Assembly: GCA_965637545.1 (NCBI GenBank)
Contig: OZ281495.1
Coordinates: forward strand, 22,692,001 to 22,756,000
DNA: 64,000 nt
Source: Phallusia mammillata
Taxonomy: Eukaryota
Reading direction: 5' to 3'
Within the stretch, counting starts at the first letter, position 1; every line of letters begins with the position of its first letter. The position numbers were made by a program, and so were the translations under genes. Below are positions 13,107 to 26,149 of the stretch, piece by piece. The notes under the pieces are model-generated. The model worked only from the letters and a program-made list of their open reading frames with translations, was not told where the DNA came from and searched no databases.

Positions 13107-13300
13107 TTATTATTATTATTATTATTATTGTCACGGGTTTCGAACCCAGGACTCTCCCGGGGACGAATCCCGATCAGGTTTTTTATGTCTGTATGGGTCA
13201 TGCGCGCTGGACCATTCGGCCAAGTTCATGGCCGCATTACAAGATTTTTTGATTAATCACGGCCACCAGTTCGTATACTTTACGACAACATATATTCGCC
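13107..13300. repeat. (ATT)n microsatellite abutting a fragment of the 9358-9752 repeat family
   Basis: ATT repeats at 13107-13129 followed by TGTCACGGGTTTCGAACCCAGGACTCTCCCGGGG. Confidence 0.55.
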
Positions 13301-14465
13301 TTCGGGGTCGCAGAATGGTTAAAAAATAATAATTGTTAATTTGACATTTCAAATTAACACATTCGAGAACAATATTGTTTTGCGTGTATATGGGTTTTAG
13401 TCTTACTAAAAATGTAAAAGCTAAAAAATTATAGTTTAATTTTGTTTTTATAAGCTATTGATCAACAGTTTTAACGTAACTACAAATGCCATGCCACATG
13501 AGCTCATAAAAAAACGAAGGAAGTCGACTGATCTATACATTTTTAATTTGGCCGCTTTCACTTTGAGTTAAGTTCCTTCATGCTTGGTGAAAGAAAACAT
13601 AGAGAAACTATTGCATTAAAATATATAAAAATGCAGTAATGTTAATAAAAAAACGCATTTTTAGTATCGTTATGATTTCGACAAAAATAAATTATTCTCA
13701 AACCGCACTATGGCGGCAGAAATTGTCTGCACCTGTTAATGTATTTCAAACCAGGTAAACTTACAAGCTAACTTTTACTAAAAAAACTAATATCCCACTA
13801 CTGTCAACAATCGCTTTAACCTTAGGTAAATTATTTACATAATACAAGGCAGCATTAGCCCAGCTTCCTAATTCGTTAAGACAGGCTGGAGTGAGAACCT
13901 AACAGCAGCAAGCTTGGCCTGTCTGTATTTTTTTGGCGCTTGCTACTTTTACTTTTGGAATTAGTTGATCAATATTTATAAAGTGAGATTTTATTTTTAT
14001 AGCACAGTTATACAAATATTGTGCTACACCTGTGACATTAAACAGCTTAGGACACAAATATTTCAGGATTTCAGCACTCCCGGCAGCCACTTTATTGCAG
14101 GTTGCAACACCAGAAAATATTATATAAAAAAGTTCCGATTGGTTAGAAGAGATAACATGACAAACAATATCCGTATCTATTTGCAGTCTTCCTGTTTTTT
14201 TGAAACTGCGTAGGTTTAGGCATAAGAACATGTTTTCTAGTTGTAGTGTAACCCATTTGGCTAATTCAAATTAGATTTCCGGTTAAATGCAAGGACGCAT
14301 GGGTTATCCAATTAGAGTTTTGATTTAATAAACGAACACGCTACATATTATGGGTTTCAAGAACAATATAAGAAAAGCATCATAAATACATTTCTACAGA
14401 TTTAATTAATATTGGAAAACTACAACTTACGACATCAGAGAAATACACAATCTGTAAAAGATAAC

Positions 14466-15794
14466 TTAATTTCGTCCAAAGCCAATTCCAACCTCTGGTT
14501 CGAGACCCTGAGCCCGGCGGATGGACATCATGGCATCATTAATGTATTTCATTTTTTTAGTTTCGTCTTGAAAGTCAGTGGCCGATTGAAAGCATTCTAA
14601 GGCTTTCTCGAAAAAATTTTGGGCGTCATTTCTTAAACCCATTTTAAGATACGTTGTCGCGAGGTTACTGCAAATCGTGCCATACATTTGATGTTTGTTT
14701 GCTTCTTCATCCCCTATGGTTTCTTGCATATAATTAACTGTGTCCAAAATTAATTTAATCCGTGCCCCAGTATTTGGTTCACAAACTTCAATGCAGTGCG
14801 TTAAATAGGCAGATTTCACACAATGATAGTAGGGGTCAATATTTTGTAACTGCAGAAGCTTTTGTTTCAAGTTGTATATTTTTGGGAGAATATGTTGGGC
14901 AAACATCTCCATATTTTCATCCCTTTCAACTAAAGCCGTTAAGGTTTGCCTCATACTGGCAATGAAATTCTCAATTATCCCAAAAGTTTCGTATGAGCGA
15001 TCGGCATCGAAATAATAATCTGCACATATTTCGTCAATGAGTAACGCAGAAAACCATTCGTTTTGTTTGCGAAGTTTTTTAACCAACCACAAAACCGATT
15101 TGCTAGTTGGCTTTACAGTAGCGATAACCGATTTAAGCGGCTCCTTAACCGCATTGTAGTCGTGCCCAGTTGACATAAGACATGCACCATAGTTTAGGAT
15201 TGAACGCGCGTTTCTCATCTCCCTTCCCATTCGTTTTCTTTGGTCCAACACACCGAAAGCCTCGTCAAACCGTCCTTCGGCAAAATATGTCGATGTGCTA
15301 TCTGTAAGCAAATACAAACCTTTTTTTACCTTTCGTAACAAACTTTTTTTTGCAGTTACCTTAAAACTGCCAAAAACACAAAATCATAGATTTACGATTT
15401 TTTTAAAATTTGGCATTTTCTTCAGGCTTCTTTGACATGGCCTTGTTAGCTTTAAAACGCAAAAAAGGACCAAATACACATTTTACCCTAATATATACTA
15501 ATCTTAAACCAACACAAAGAATATGAAAAAAGGAGTAAACCATACAGAACCTTGCTTTAAAAATATTTTTGCAAGGTCGAATTTGGATGCTTGATTTTCT
15601 GTGTGATTTTCCTCCTCATACGAATCATCAGAGTCACTTGCAACATGTTCATCAATTTCGTGCTGTTCGGTTGTCGATGTTGACAATTGCGGCATAGTAT
15701 CATCTGTGATCATTAAGAAACACAAGGATAATATTATATTCACGTGCTTATATTGTTCCAAATCTGACGATCTTTACTTACCAGAATCACCCAT
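14466..15794 (-). CDS. Gene A2: paralogue of A1 (~333 aa, 3 coding exons)
   Basis: Exons 15794-15782 (ATG GGT GAT TCT G|gtaagt), 15703-15551 and 15301-14466. QASKFDLAKIF and the C-terminal E(I/V)GIGFGR are shared with A1. Confidence 0.85.
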
Positions 15795-16034
15795 TTCTAA
15801 GTCAACGATTTAAAGAGTTACTAAAACACATTGAGCCAAACTGTATGGCAAGGGCTCCTTATATTAACGCAGAACCTTTTTTCCGGTTTTTTTTTTCAGA
15901 GCCTTTTTTTAAAGCTAAACACACACGCAACCCAGCTACGACAAAACAGCCTGCACCATTCAGTTTTAGCTTAAACGCTGGAAGTACGTAACTCGAAGGC
16001 AGAGTGAGATTGAACTCAAACCCCAGACAATATA
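15795..16034. promoter_or_regulatory. Putative bidirectional promoter of A2/B2
   Basis: 240 bp between the divergent start codons. It shares the exact 13-mer AACCTTTTTTCCG with the A1/B1 spacer. Confidence 0.6.
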
Positions 16035-19000
16035 ATGCATGCTCAGGAAAAGAATATCAACATTTCTGAAGTGTAAGTAGCATCTGATATCTGCATTAGG
16101 TGTGTTGCTCTATAGCAGTGGTTCTTAACCAGGGGTACACGCACCCCTAAGGGGTACGAGAACTATTTTCTAGGGGGTGCGGTGATGCTGAATCATTAAG
16201 GTTATTTATAGGTCTATTCTATATATAAATACAAAAACCCAAAGGGGTACAGCAAGGAAAAAAGGTTAAGAACTGCTCTATAGTTTTTACAGGCTATGAT
16301 GTCTGTGAGGTAACTCTGTTTTGGCTTCAATTTATTATTTTGGCAGAATAAAATAACCGTAAAAATTAATAAGAAAAGCTAAATGTAGGTTTAACTTTTA
16401 CATAAATTTAACGTTTTAATGCATAACGTATAATTTGTCAAATATATACTGTTTTGTTTACAGAGGCAATGTTTACATCAATGCAGGTAATTTACAGTCT
16501 TAGTAAAAATACCTGACATGTTTTTGCAACTAAAGCCTGTTTGATGTTTTTTCAGGTGGTGGACATACGCATGCTCATTCTCATACAGGTATAATATACT
16601 ATTTGTTTTACGTCAGAATGTTTAAAACTTCGGTACAGGGTTAGCTTTTCGCGCCCCGCGTGCACCATGTGAGCACTCAATACAGCGTTACATAAACGAA
16701 ATGAATTACTGAACTCCTAAATTAAATAACTGTGGCCTTAAAGTCAAATTTTAGTTTCTTGCATTTTTTGCCGAAAGTGAGTAATGATGCCAGGAGCGAT
16801 ACCCATTGTGTTGTAGATCTTTTCGATAAAATTGTATAAATTTGCAAAATAATTTTTTTAAACATGTATGTCTTAAAGTATTACATTTAACAATTATTTT
16901 GTAGTCAACACAAGAAGTGTATCCCAAACGTCGCGAAAATTCCAGTCAAATTGTAAGTAATCTGTCACAACAATATCAGCCTCTATTTGGTCAGTGCGAA
17001 CTTAAGATGTAGGAGCGAACCATTTTAAACCATAAATAAGAAGTAAAATGGGCAGCTTATTGTTAGGTAATATCTATCTTAAATTAGCAAAAATAAAACT
17101 TCTGATTTTTAAGGACAGGGGTTGCCTAATTACGAGTTCTTATTTCAAAGATATTCGCACAAACACTTTTGCGATTAGTTTAACCTAGTTTCGCAGCATT
17201 TAAACATATAGAAACGATTCAAAGGCAGCTTGTTACAATACAACACGACAGAAATAAAAATATTATTTGTATGCGCAACTGCCTTCTTCTGTTACTTGTG
17301 ATGGCACAAAGGGTGTAGGGACAGTAGGGAGCCTCATATATTCCATACAAATAATCTTACAATTTGTCAATTGCACTAGCTTACAGGGGATTGTGAAAAA
17401 TGCTATTTTTGGTATTTCACATGTATTTTATAGGCATGCGTGTTTACAAGCAGTTAAACGATTGTAAAATTGTCTCGTTGTTAATTTGTTTTTAATACTT
17501 TGGATTTGCGGGTTTAATTTGGGCTAGTTTTAAAAAGCAGAGTTGCGGTGAAAGCTGAGCAGATCTTTCGCCTTAAATATTGTTTTGTGTATAAAGCCGG
17601 CGTAATATACATATTTGATTCGAATGCATACGGTTTACCACTTCGATTTTCAATCAGTACACACTTGCATGTATATCAAAGAAACTCTCAGAATTTGATA
17701 AGTTATTGCAAAAACAATACATTACGTGTGCATACATCCATTTTAAAACACCCAATTAGCAAAAGAGTATTTTTTTTCTAAATGGCCCGCCTGCAAAAAA
17801 ACCTAAACGGATTAGCTAAAGAGTTTGCCGACAAGGTTAGACTTGGTCAGCAACAAAACGGAGGTAAAGCTTTAGGAACGGCAGTTGGCGCGAAACTACA
17901 GTTGTTTAACTTTTCTTCTCTACCATCAATTTAAATGCAAAACAATTGTAGCAAATTGTCACTCGGTGTTTATTCCAAACTATGTGGGGCTTGGCAAAAT
18001 TTCTTTATTTGTTTTAAGAAAGGCTAAATACGTAAAGTTGCGTGTTTTTCCTAAAATATTTAAATTAAAATGTATTTAGCTGGGCAAAGAGGAGGATTGG
18101 CGCACATACTGGAAGGTGCTGAAAACCTGAACCGAGATGGTGGGAAATATAGTCATACTTGAACTTACAGTGTAATCATCTAACAAAATGTGATTCAACT
18201 AAACCCGTCCTTGCAACATTACAAATGTTGTTATGTATCTTTATCTTCGATCTCCGCACACAAAAACTGCGCCTATTTATGTCATAAACAACAAGAAATT
18301 AATTCCTTTTTAAAGTTTAATACGTTGATATTCCTGCAAACTCATTACACAATTACTTAAAATCATTACCAACTAAACAACGATAATTAAAGTATTAGCA
18401 TTTGAAAAAAGCTTTTATCTTTTAAATACGAAAAAGGATATACGTCAACAAATCATAGTTAGGATAATGCGTAACAAACATCTTCAAATTGTTCCTAAAT
18501 TATTAGAGATTTATGTTTTTCCACAGCCAAAAAATATATCGCTAATAACTTACAGTTGCGTGGTTCAACTAAAGCTTTTGTACATGATTTATATATTTAG
18601 CACAACAAGGAAGAGGGTTAATGCAAATGTTCCGGGGATCAGTTGAAAACCTGACCGGAGGACGTAAGTAGAAAATAATTTTTGTACTAAACATCACTTT
18701 TCCCTTCCACCAAAAAGTGTACAAAGTAAAACTAAATTTTCCTGACTAATCGTAAAACGGGCTTGGCTTCTTGTAGTATTCGATATGAAACAAAGTTATT
18801 GTAAAAGCTACGATTAGCGGTGCGTTGTAAGTTACAACAAAACATACCTATTTTGCATGGTGGTCCGTATCTCTCAAAAATCGTAAAAGGGTGATATTTA
18901 ATTACGTTTAAAAAAATCGATGCCGGAAAAAAGTAAAAAAAGAAGCACTGAAAATATATAAACATTACAACCTCTCGCAAACGACCCACGTTCTGTTGCC

Positions 19001-22000
19001 GCCCTTCTGCCGTATTGTGTTCTGCAGACCTGCTTCAAGTGTCCCTTTTTAACCGGTTTAAACAAGCACAAATTCACAAAAATCTTGAGTCATAAAAGTT
19101 TGTAAAACATACTTGACAACAACAATGTATTTATGATTAACTTTCATGAAATGTTTAATTAATTACAAACATTAAATAAATTTCTTAAAAACTTGAAATT
19201 ATGTTTTTTAAGTTGTCAACTTAACCTGACAGTAACTGCAAATGAATTTATAAATGTCAAAATTTATTGCAGGAGTAGGTAATCACTGAGCTACAGCCTA
19301 TTTACCGGGGATTGCAAAAAAATACAGTATGTGGTCATTGGGGTTGTAACGTATACTTCAGTGCTCCAGGTGGGCACAGGCGTCCACTCTGGTACTTCAA
19401 ATTAGATTCAAAAACGCGTCTGCCAGGTCCCAACTACAGGCTTCTACCTACTAACACTCCACACTAGGTTCCAAAACAGTTTATTTGTAAACAAAGCCCT
19501 TGCTAGGTTCAATTAGCAGGATGCAGTTACTTCTATGGGATTACGATGGTAAAACTGGCGGACGGCTTTCTAAAGGAAATATTTTGGGATAAGCAGCATA
19601 CAACAATATAACACTCTTACCGAAACGTCTGGACCAGGACTTTGAAACAGTTATTTGTTGACAAGCACTCAAGTCAAACTGCAAGTAACGAAGTACAATT
19701 TAAACCAGGCATATTGTCACAACAAAAGGTAAACAATGCAAGACAATGGTTATTTGCATAATGTTGACAAAGATACACAAGTAAACAAAACAACACTTTC
19801 CAAAACAAATTGGTCACGAATTTCTGGCAGACTTTATGTGCACAGCAATAAGAAACAGGTTTACGTATGATTTAACAAGCAATTTACTTAATTTTCCTAA
19901 AAAACAATGTAGTTTCCTAGACACATGAATTGAACCACCAACGTTTTCAGCAAACTTGTCGAACACAAAGCGTAAAACTGTCCACATGACGGGGCTATTT
20001 ATACTGAAATTTACAATTTTACGGAGACGGTAGACAAAACAGTAATTTGCGATGTAACAGGGGTTGACATGACTACTATTTCGCTGGCTCTAGGCAGACT
20101 TGGGCCAACAAAAAATATTGCAAAAATAGAACATTTGGAGATAAACTTTTAGGAAAGGAAGTCAGTTCTACAGTTGTTTTAACATCTGTTATCTACTTTT
20201 AAAATAAATGCATAGCAATTATTTCGAAATGTCACTCAGTGTTTATTCCAAACTATATGGTGCCTTGGGAAAAAAAAATCTTTATTTGTCTTTAAAATGG
20301 CTAAATACGTAAAGTTGCGTGTTTTTCCTAAATGATTTAAATTAAAATGTATTTAGCTTGGCAAAGAGGAGGATTGGCGCAAATACTGGAAGGTGCTGAA
20401 AACCTGAACGGAGATGGTAGGAAATATATTCACACTTGAACTTACGTAATTTTATGTTTAAATCAAACCACCAACAAGGTACCTGATATAGGCTTGAAAG
20501 GTAATAAGGTTCACTGCTCATACTATCTGACATACAAGAAAAAATGATTCCGTTTTGATGTAATTTAAAAGTATATGCGTACTTACAAAGATTTAAAAAG
20601 TTTTGGACCTGCAAGTTTTGTTTAATTGTTGTTACGACCAATCCAAATTTAAGTGTTTGTTTTCAAATTTTTACAAAGAAATTTAAAATTGGCAACAAAA
20701 ATGGAAAGGTTGTGTTTTCGAAATGAAACCTTATTAAGATATATTACTAATGGGGTCATTTTAAGTTAAATGAATCATTATTCCATCTGGAAAAAAGAAT
20801 TACTTCAAATAAATTTTATTGCGGTTTCGTTTGACAGCCATTGCTTGCAGTAAGGCCCACAAATTTTTGTCATTTTCTAAAGAGTCTTTTACAGTAAAGA
20901 CGACTGATAAGCAAAAAAATGCTTTTTTGTACCTTTAGATTAACAGTTATATGTCTTAGTTAACAGTGTATGTGTTATATAAGGTAATAACGTTGTTTGT
21001 TCGAACTTTATTTTGACCGAAGCAAAGTATAAATGAGTCTGATTGGTTTCAAGGCTTTTTTTCAAAAAAAAAGAAAATGTTAGGCCTTATTAACTGCATA
21101 GGAATGTATTAAGGCTCAAGTTTTAATATTTTTAAAAATCTGTCATACGACAAAAACAAAACTTACAAACGTCCACAAAATCTAATGGATGTTTAATATC
21201 AATCTCTGTAACCATCAAAAAATCTTTATTTGTCTTTAAAATGGCTAAATACGTAAAGTTTCGTGTTTTTCCTAAATGATTTAAATTAAAATGTATTTAG
21301 CTGGGCAAAGAGGAGGATTGGCGCAAACACTGGAAGGTGCTGAAAACCTGAACGGAGATGGTAGGAAATATATTCATACTTGAACTTACGTAATTTTATG
21401 TTTAAATCAAACCACCAACAAGGTACCTGAAGGTATAGGCTCGAAAGGTAATAAGGCCCACTGCCATTTTACATACAAGAAAAAATGATTCCGTTTTTGT
21501 GTAATTTAAAAGTATATATGTACTTACAAAGATTTAAAAAGTTTTGGACCTGCAAGTTTTGTGTAATTGTTGTTACGACCAATCCAAATTTAAGTGTTTG
21601 TTTTCAAATTTTTACTAAGAAATTTAAAATTGGCAAAAAAATGGAAAGGTTGTGTTTTCGAAATGAAACCTTATTAAGATATATTACTAATGGGGTCATT
21701 TTAAGTTAAATGAATCATTATTCCATCTGGAAAAAAGAATTGCTTCAAATACATTTTACTGCAAATTTGAATTTTCTTTTACAGTAAAGACGACTGATAA
21801 GCAAAAAAAATGCTTCAGATTTTTTGTACCTTCAGATTAACAGTTATATGTCTTAGTTAACAGTGTATGTGTTATATAAGGTAATAACGTTGCTTGTTTG
21901 AACTTTATTTTGACCGAAGCAAAGTATAAATGAGTCTGCTTGGTTTCTAGGCATTTTTTTCAAAAAAAACATGAAAATGTTAGGCCTTATTAACTGCATA

Positions 22001-25000
22001 GGTATGTATTAAGGCCCAAGTTTTAATAATTTTAAAAAACTGTCATAGCACAAAAACAAAACTTGCAAACGTCCCCAAAATCTAATGGATGTTTTATATC
22101 AATCTCTGTAACCATCATGTCAAATTTGGCCTAAAACTCGTAAATGGTTTTTCAGTTACACGCAATATTTTTTTAAGGAGTTTTGTTACCTGCAGGTACC
22201 TACTTACATAACAACAGGAACGCTTTTTTCCTGAGCCATTATGCGACAAAGAGGAACTGTGTATTACAAAAAATGTGTTACAAAAGTAACTGTAGGAAAT
22301 GATATCACTACACGTTAAAATATTCATATTCCATCATTGTGATACAATATTATAATGTTGCAATAGTCCGAAGTTAGGCTGATTATAAAGCAGGAACTTT
22401 AGAGTGCGATCAGTTCTTAGTGTGTTGGTTTGGCGCAGAGGTGGGCAACCTATGGCGCATGCACCAAACGTGGCGTATTGTATCTTTGTGATGATCCTAA
22501 ACAATAAAGTATGGCTACTTGTTATTTTTAATTAATTTCTTCTTTGGCACATTCTATTTAGGAATGTCTTAAATAGATCACCACATTTTCGCCAGATTGC
22601 TAATGAGACTTAGTCCAGTCAAAGTCTGTGTTAAACACAGGTTGGGATTTGTGGTGCTTTTGTGGTGATTACCAAATAGGCTAAACCGATTTTTTTTGTT
22701 ATATTTTTGCCTCTTGGTGCTATTTTACTGATAAGTATGTTGGTGTTGTTGTTCTAGAATCTAGATAGTTCGAAAAGTGGCCCGTGACAAATTTTGAGTC
22801 AATGTCTTCTAATTTGAAGCATGTATAGCCAATTTTTGCAAACAATATATAAATATATATATATATATATATACAATAGTCATAACAAATCAGTTATACT
22901 AAAGCACCGCCAGAAATGAAAGCAACGCAACAAAATGTAAATAAACCGCCAGTTTTAATTAAAGTATTAGCATTTAAAACACGAAATCTTTAAAACACGA
23001 AAAAAGATACGTCCACAAACGTTAAGAATCGTTCATATTTGGGATAATGCGTAATAAACATCTTTAATTTGTTCCTAAATTATCAGAGATTTATGTTTTT
23101 CCATAGCCATACAGTTGTGTGGTTCAACTTTTAAACATGATTTTGTATATTTAGCACAACAAGGAGGAGGTTTCATGCAAATGTTCCGAGAATCAGTTGA
23201 AAACCTGACCAGTCAACGTAAGTGAAAGAAAATCTTTTTAAAAATCTTGTTTATAAGTTAAGGGATTCACGGGCGTAAATCCCGAAGCGGGGGTAGGACG
23301 TGTTCCCTCGAAAAAGATGTTTGAGCAGTGCAGCTATCGATGGAGCACTTTGCCATTTTATTTGCGTAATTTGAAATATTTTTTTCGTCCAAGAAATGGG
23401 CGACGATAGATGAAAAATGCGATTGTTTTCTTTAGAGAACTGGTATACCAACACACTAAACTAGCATTGTTAAGTCCGTGTAACGCCCCCAAAGTCGATA
23501 ACCAGGTTTTTCTGGCAGGATTAGAGTTCAAACTTGAGGTTCAATAGAACGGGCTTGATTTGGGCCTGCCACTCGATTTTACTTTCCCACATTTTCGACG
23601 ATTTTATGCCTAAAAAACGGATTCGAGCTGGGTTTGGGGGTTGGACTTTTGGGTCCAGGTCTCGATTTTAGGCCCATTTACTGCTTTGTCGGCTTGTGTG
23701 ATTTTATAGTTGTCTTCTTGGCTAAACAAATCTGTTTAATTCCATCCCAGATCACAAAACACAAACCCAGGCAATCGTTTGCGCACAATCTTTAAGTCCG
23801 GTCACTGGCACAACTAACTGCCCATCAAGTGTTTTTGCGATGATATACTTTTGTAAGGAGTTAATATACTTGGTAAATACGCTTTTGTCTTTTTTTAGAA
23901 AAGCAGTACGTTTAGGCTTGATAGTTCCACTTCTCTGCAATACTAAGTGCTAGGCGAGCCTTTTTATGTATTTTATTTTTATTTTGATGTCGTGTCCTTG
24001 AGAACCTTTATTTAACAATAAAAAACAATTTGACAAATAGACGCTTTTATACACACAATGTATTTAGTGGGCCATGGCGGAGGATTGCTTCAAAGTCTTT
24101 TAAGTGCAGAAAACATTTCAGAAGAAGATGGTGAGTGTTAAATAAATCCCAAAATTTGTTACTTATTTAACATTTGTTTTCAGTGTAGTTTTAGAGTTTT
24201 GAACACAGTTGCTGTTGAGTACGACTCTTATTTAACATCTTTTTGTAGTAATAGTTTTAAAATTACTCTTACCCAACAACCACTTAACATATTGTATGAT
24301 AGTATGGCGTGTTTTGTGCAACTCTGAGAAGCATATTGCGGCTCATTGACAGGCTCAACAGCCGTGCACCGGAAGTGTGCAAATGGCACAATTGACAAAT
24401 ATAACCGAACACAAGGCCGCCTTGTGTAGTTTTTGGAGTTTCGTAGATAGTAAAGGGTTTGTTAAGAATAGGGACTTAATTGCGCCGATCTTAAATCCAT
24501 ATAAACATATCGTTAGGCACATAAACTTTAGGGTAAACGTGGGTGCCACAACTTAAAAGAAAACTTGATATATAGATATATACTATTTTATGTAAACTAT
24601 TGAGAGTACCTAAAGTAATTCACTTTAAGTGGGGTAACATCCGCCTAAATACCAAAGCAACCTGATTGATTTTGACTATAAAAGAAAAACTGTTGGCTTG
24701 ACAAAAGTTTTTTAAAACATAACATGTGTTTACAGAAAAGGCTAAAACTGTATCTTTTTCTGCATTCCTGACACTTTAATTTTACTGAAACATCGCAAAT
24801 GACTCAAATAGGCATCTTTTTCACGACAGGCTCTTCGTCAAACAGTACATTTTCTTGGAAAACCGATTTGGACTGGATGATGTCGCATGAGGGTAAGTTT
24901 AAAGTTTCCGAAAACCTTGCAAACGTTCTTGACACGATACGCTCTCAAGTTACTGTCGTATCGATAAAAGTAATTCGCTTAGCAACATTTTTACGTAAAC

Positions 25001-26149
25001 GTGTACCGACGAAAAACTGTAACAATTACTTAATGAAATGAATTTGAAAAATAAAACTCAAGGTCGGTGACGGAAATATGTAAAATACAGGCATGACTAG
25101 AACATATACGAACAAACGTTTTAGAAGACTTCGTCATCTTGACTTATTGCCCAAATTACGTCAGTTAAGTTAAAAGTTAAGTTTAAAGTAGTTAGCGGTT
25201 GGATAAGGCGTCCGCCGATAGATGTACCGGGGTTCGATTCGGCTGATCCAATTGATAACAGAAGTCGAATATACCTATACAATTATTTTGTGCAGAAACT
25301 ATAGAATCCATGCACAGCAACGAGAAACTCTACGAGGCCTATGGCTTCCATGAAAAAATACATCAGTTCGATCCTGACGAGCGAGACATTAGGTTTCAGA
25401 TGCACTACTGCCTCAGTTTGATGCTTACAAACCGCGAAGTACAGGCCAATAAAGCCTTCGATAAAATTGTGTCTTCAATCCGAAAGATGGGCGAAACGTT
25501 TCAAAGTGTTTTGCGCTTGGCGGAAAAGACAGTAAAAATAGAAGGCAAAAGTTTTGAAGCAATCTTGCTATGCCTTATTGCCGCCAAAATTTCCGACATG
25601 AGCATTTTTACTGTTTCCGACTCTGCTGATAAATCAAAATGCATGAACGTTCTGCGGACAGCTGCCGGAAAAATTAGTGACAACAATAAAAAAGCCAAAC
25701 CATTTTTGAGAAGATATTGTCTTAAGGGTGCCCGTCCGCTGCTTGAACACATTCAACAAACCGCTCCGGATAACATGTACAAGAATCTTATCAGTCTGCG
25801 AATTGCCACATTCCATTGCATGGAAATTCTGCTGCTGTATGCTGATGAAGACGAGGAAAGAGCGCTGTTGCTTGAAAGGGCATTGCAGTTTTTAAGAGAA
25901 GCATATGGCACTGAGGTTCTCAAAAAAAAGTGGTACGGCACGTTTTCCAGCAACTTGGGTGCCACATACCTCTCACTCTCGCGACCGGACAAAACAGCTG
26001 AAGCATTGTCTCGGGCAATCGAAGTGTTCAAGCAAGCAACCGACTTTGACGACGAAATGGAAAGGCAACAAGATATCAGAAGCGCAGAGCAAATGTTATA
26101 TCAACCTGGACTTGGGAGCTTAGGGGTTGCCAAACAAACCCATCGTTAG
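16035..26149 (+). CDS. Gene B2: paralogue of B1 with expanded micro-exon array (~459-475 aa)
   Basis: Exons 16035-16072, 16464-16486, 16556-16588, (16905-16952 uncertain), 18080-18139, 18601-18663, 20357-20416, 21301-21360, 23155-23217, 24068-24130, 24830-24892 and 25296-26149. All GT-AG; the internal exons are phase 1-1. WKTDLDWMMSHE matches B1 WKTSLEWMISHE. Confidence 0.75.
16116..16275 (+). mobile_element. Short hAT-type MITE in intron 1 of B2
   Basis: CAGTGGTTCTTAACC ... GGTTAAGAACTG with TSD CTCTATAG on both sides. Confidence 0.85.
20275..22116. repeat. Recent ~944-bp tandem duplication carrying a 60-nt exon of B2
   Basis: 20275-21217 and 21218-22116 are highly similar, with exon copies at 20357 and 21301. 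Part of the unit is a dispersed repeat also found at ~59395-59810. Confidence 0.85.
25188..25245 (+). other. tRNA-derived remnant (SINE head or tRNA pseudogene fragment)
   Basis: A-box-like TAGCGGTTGGATAAGGCG and B-box GGTTCGATTC. No intact cloverleaf. Confidence 0.3.

Noticed and set aside
13899-14231. 110-aa ORF downstream of A2
   Set aside because: No similarity I can recognise and no supporting splice structure.
17800-17870. Possible extra 48-nt B2 exon ending ...AACGGAG|GTAAAG
   Set aside because: The acceptor lacks a pyrimidine tract; left out of the model without transcript data.
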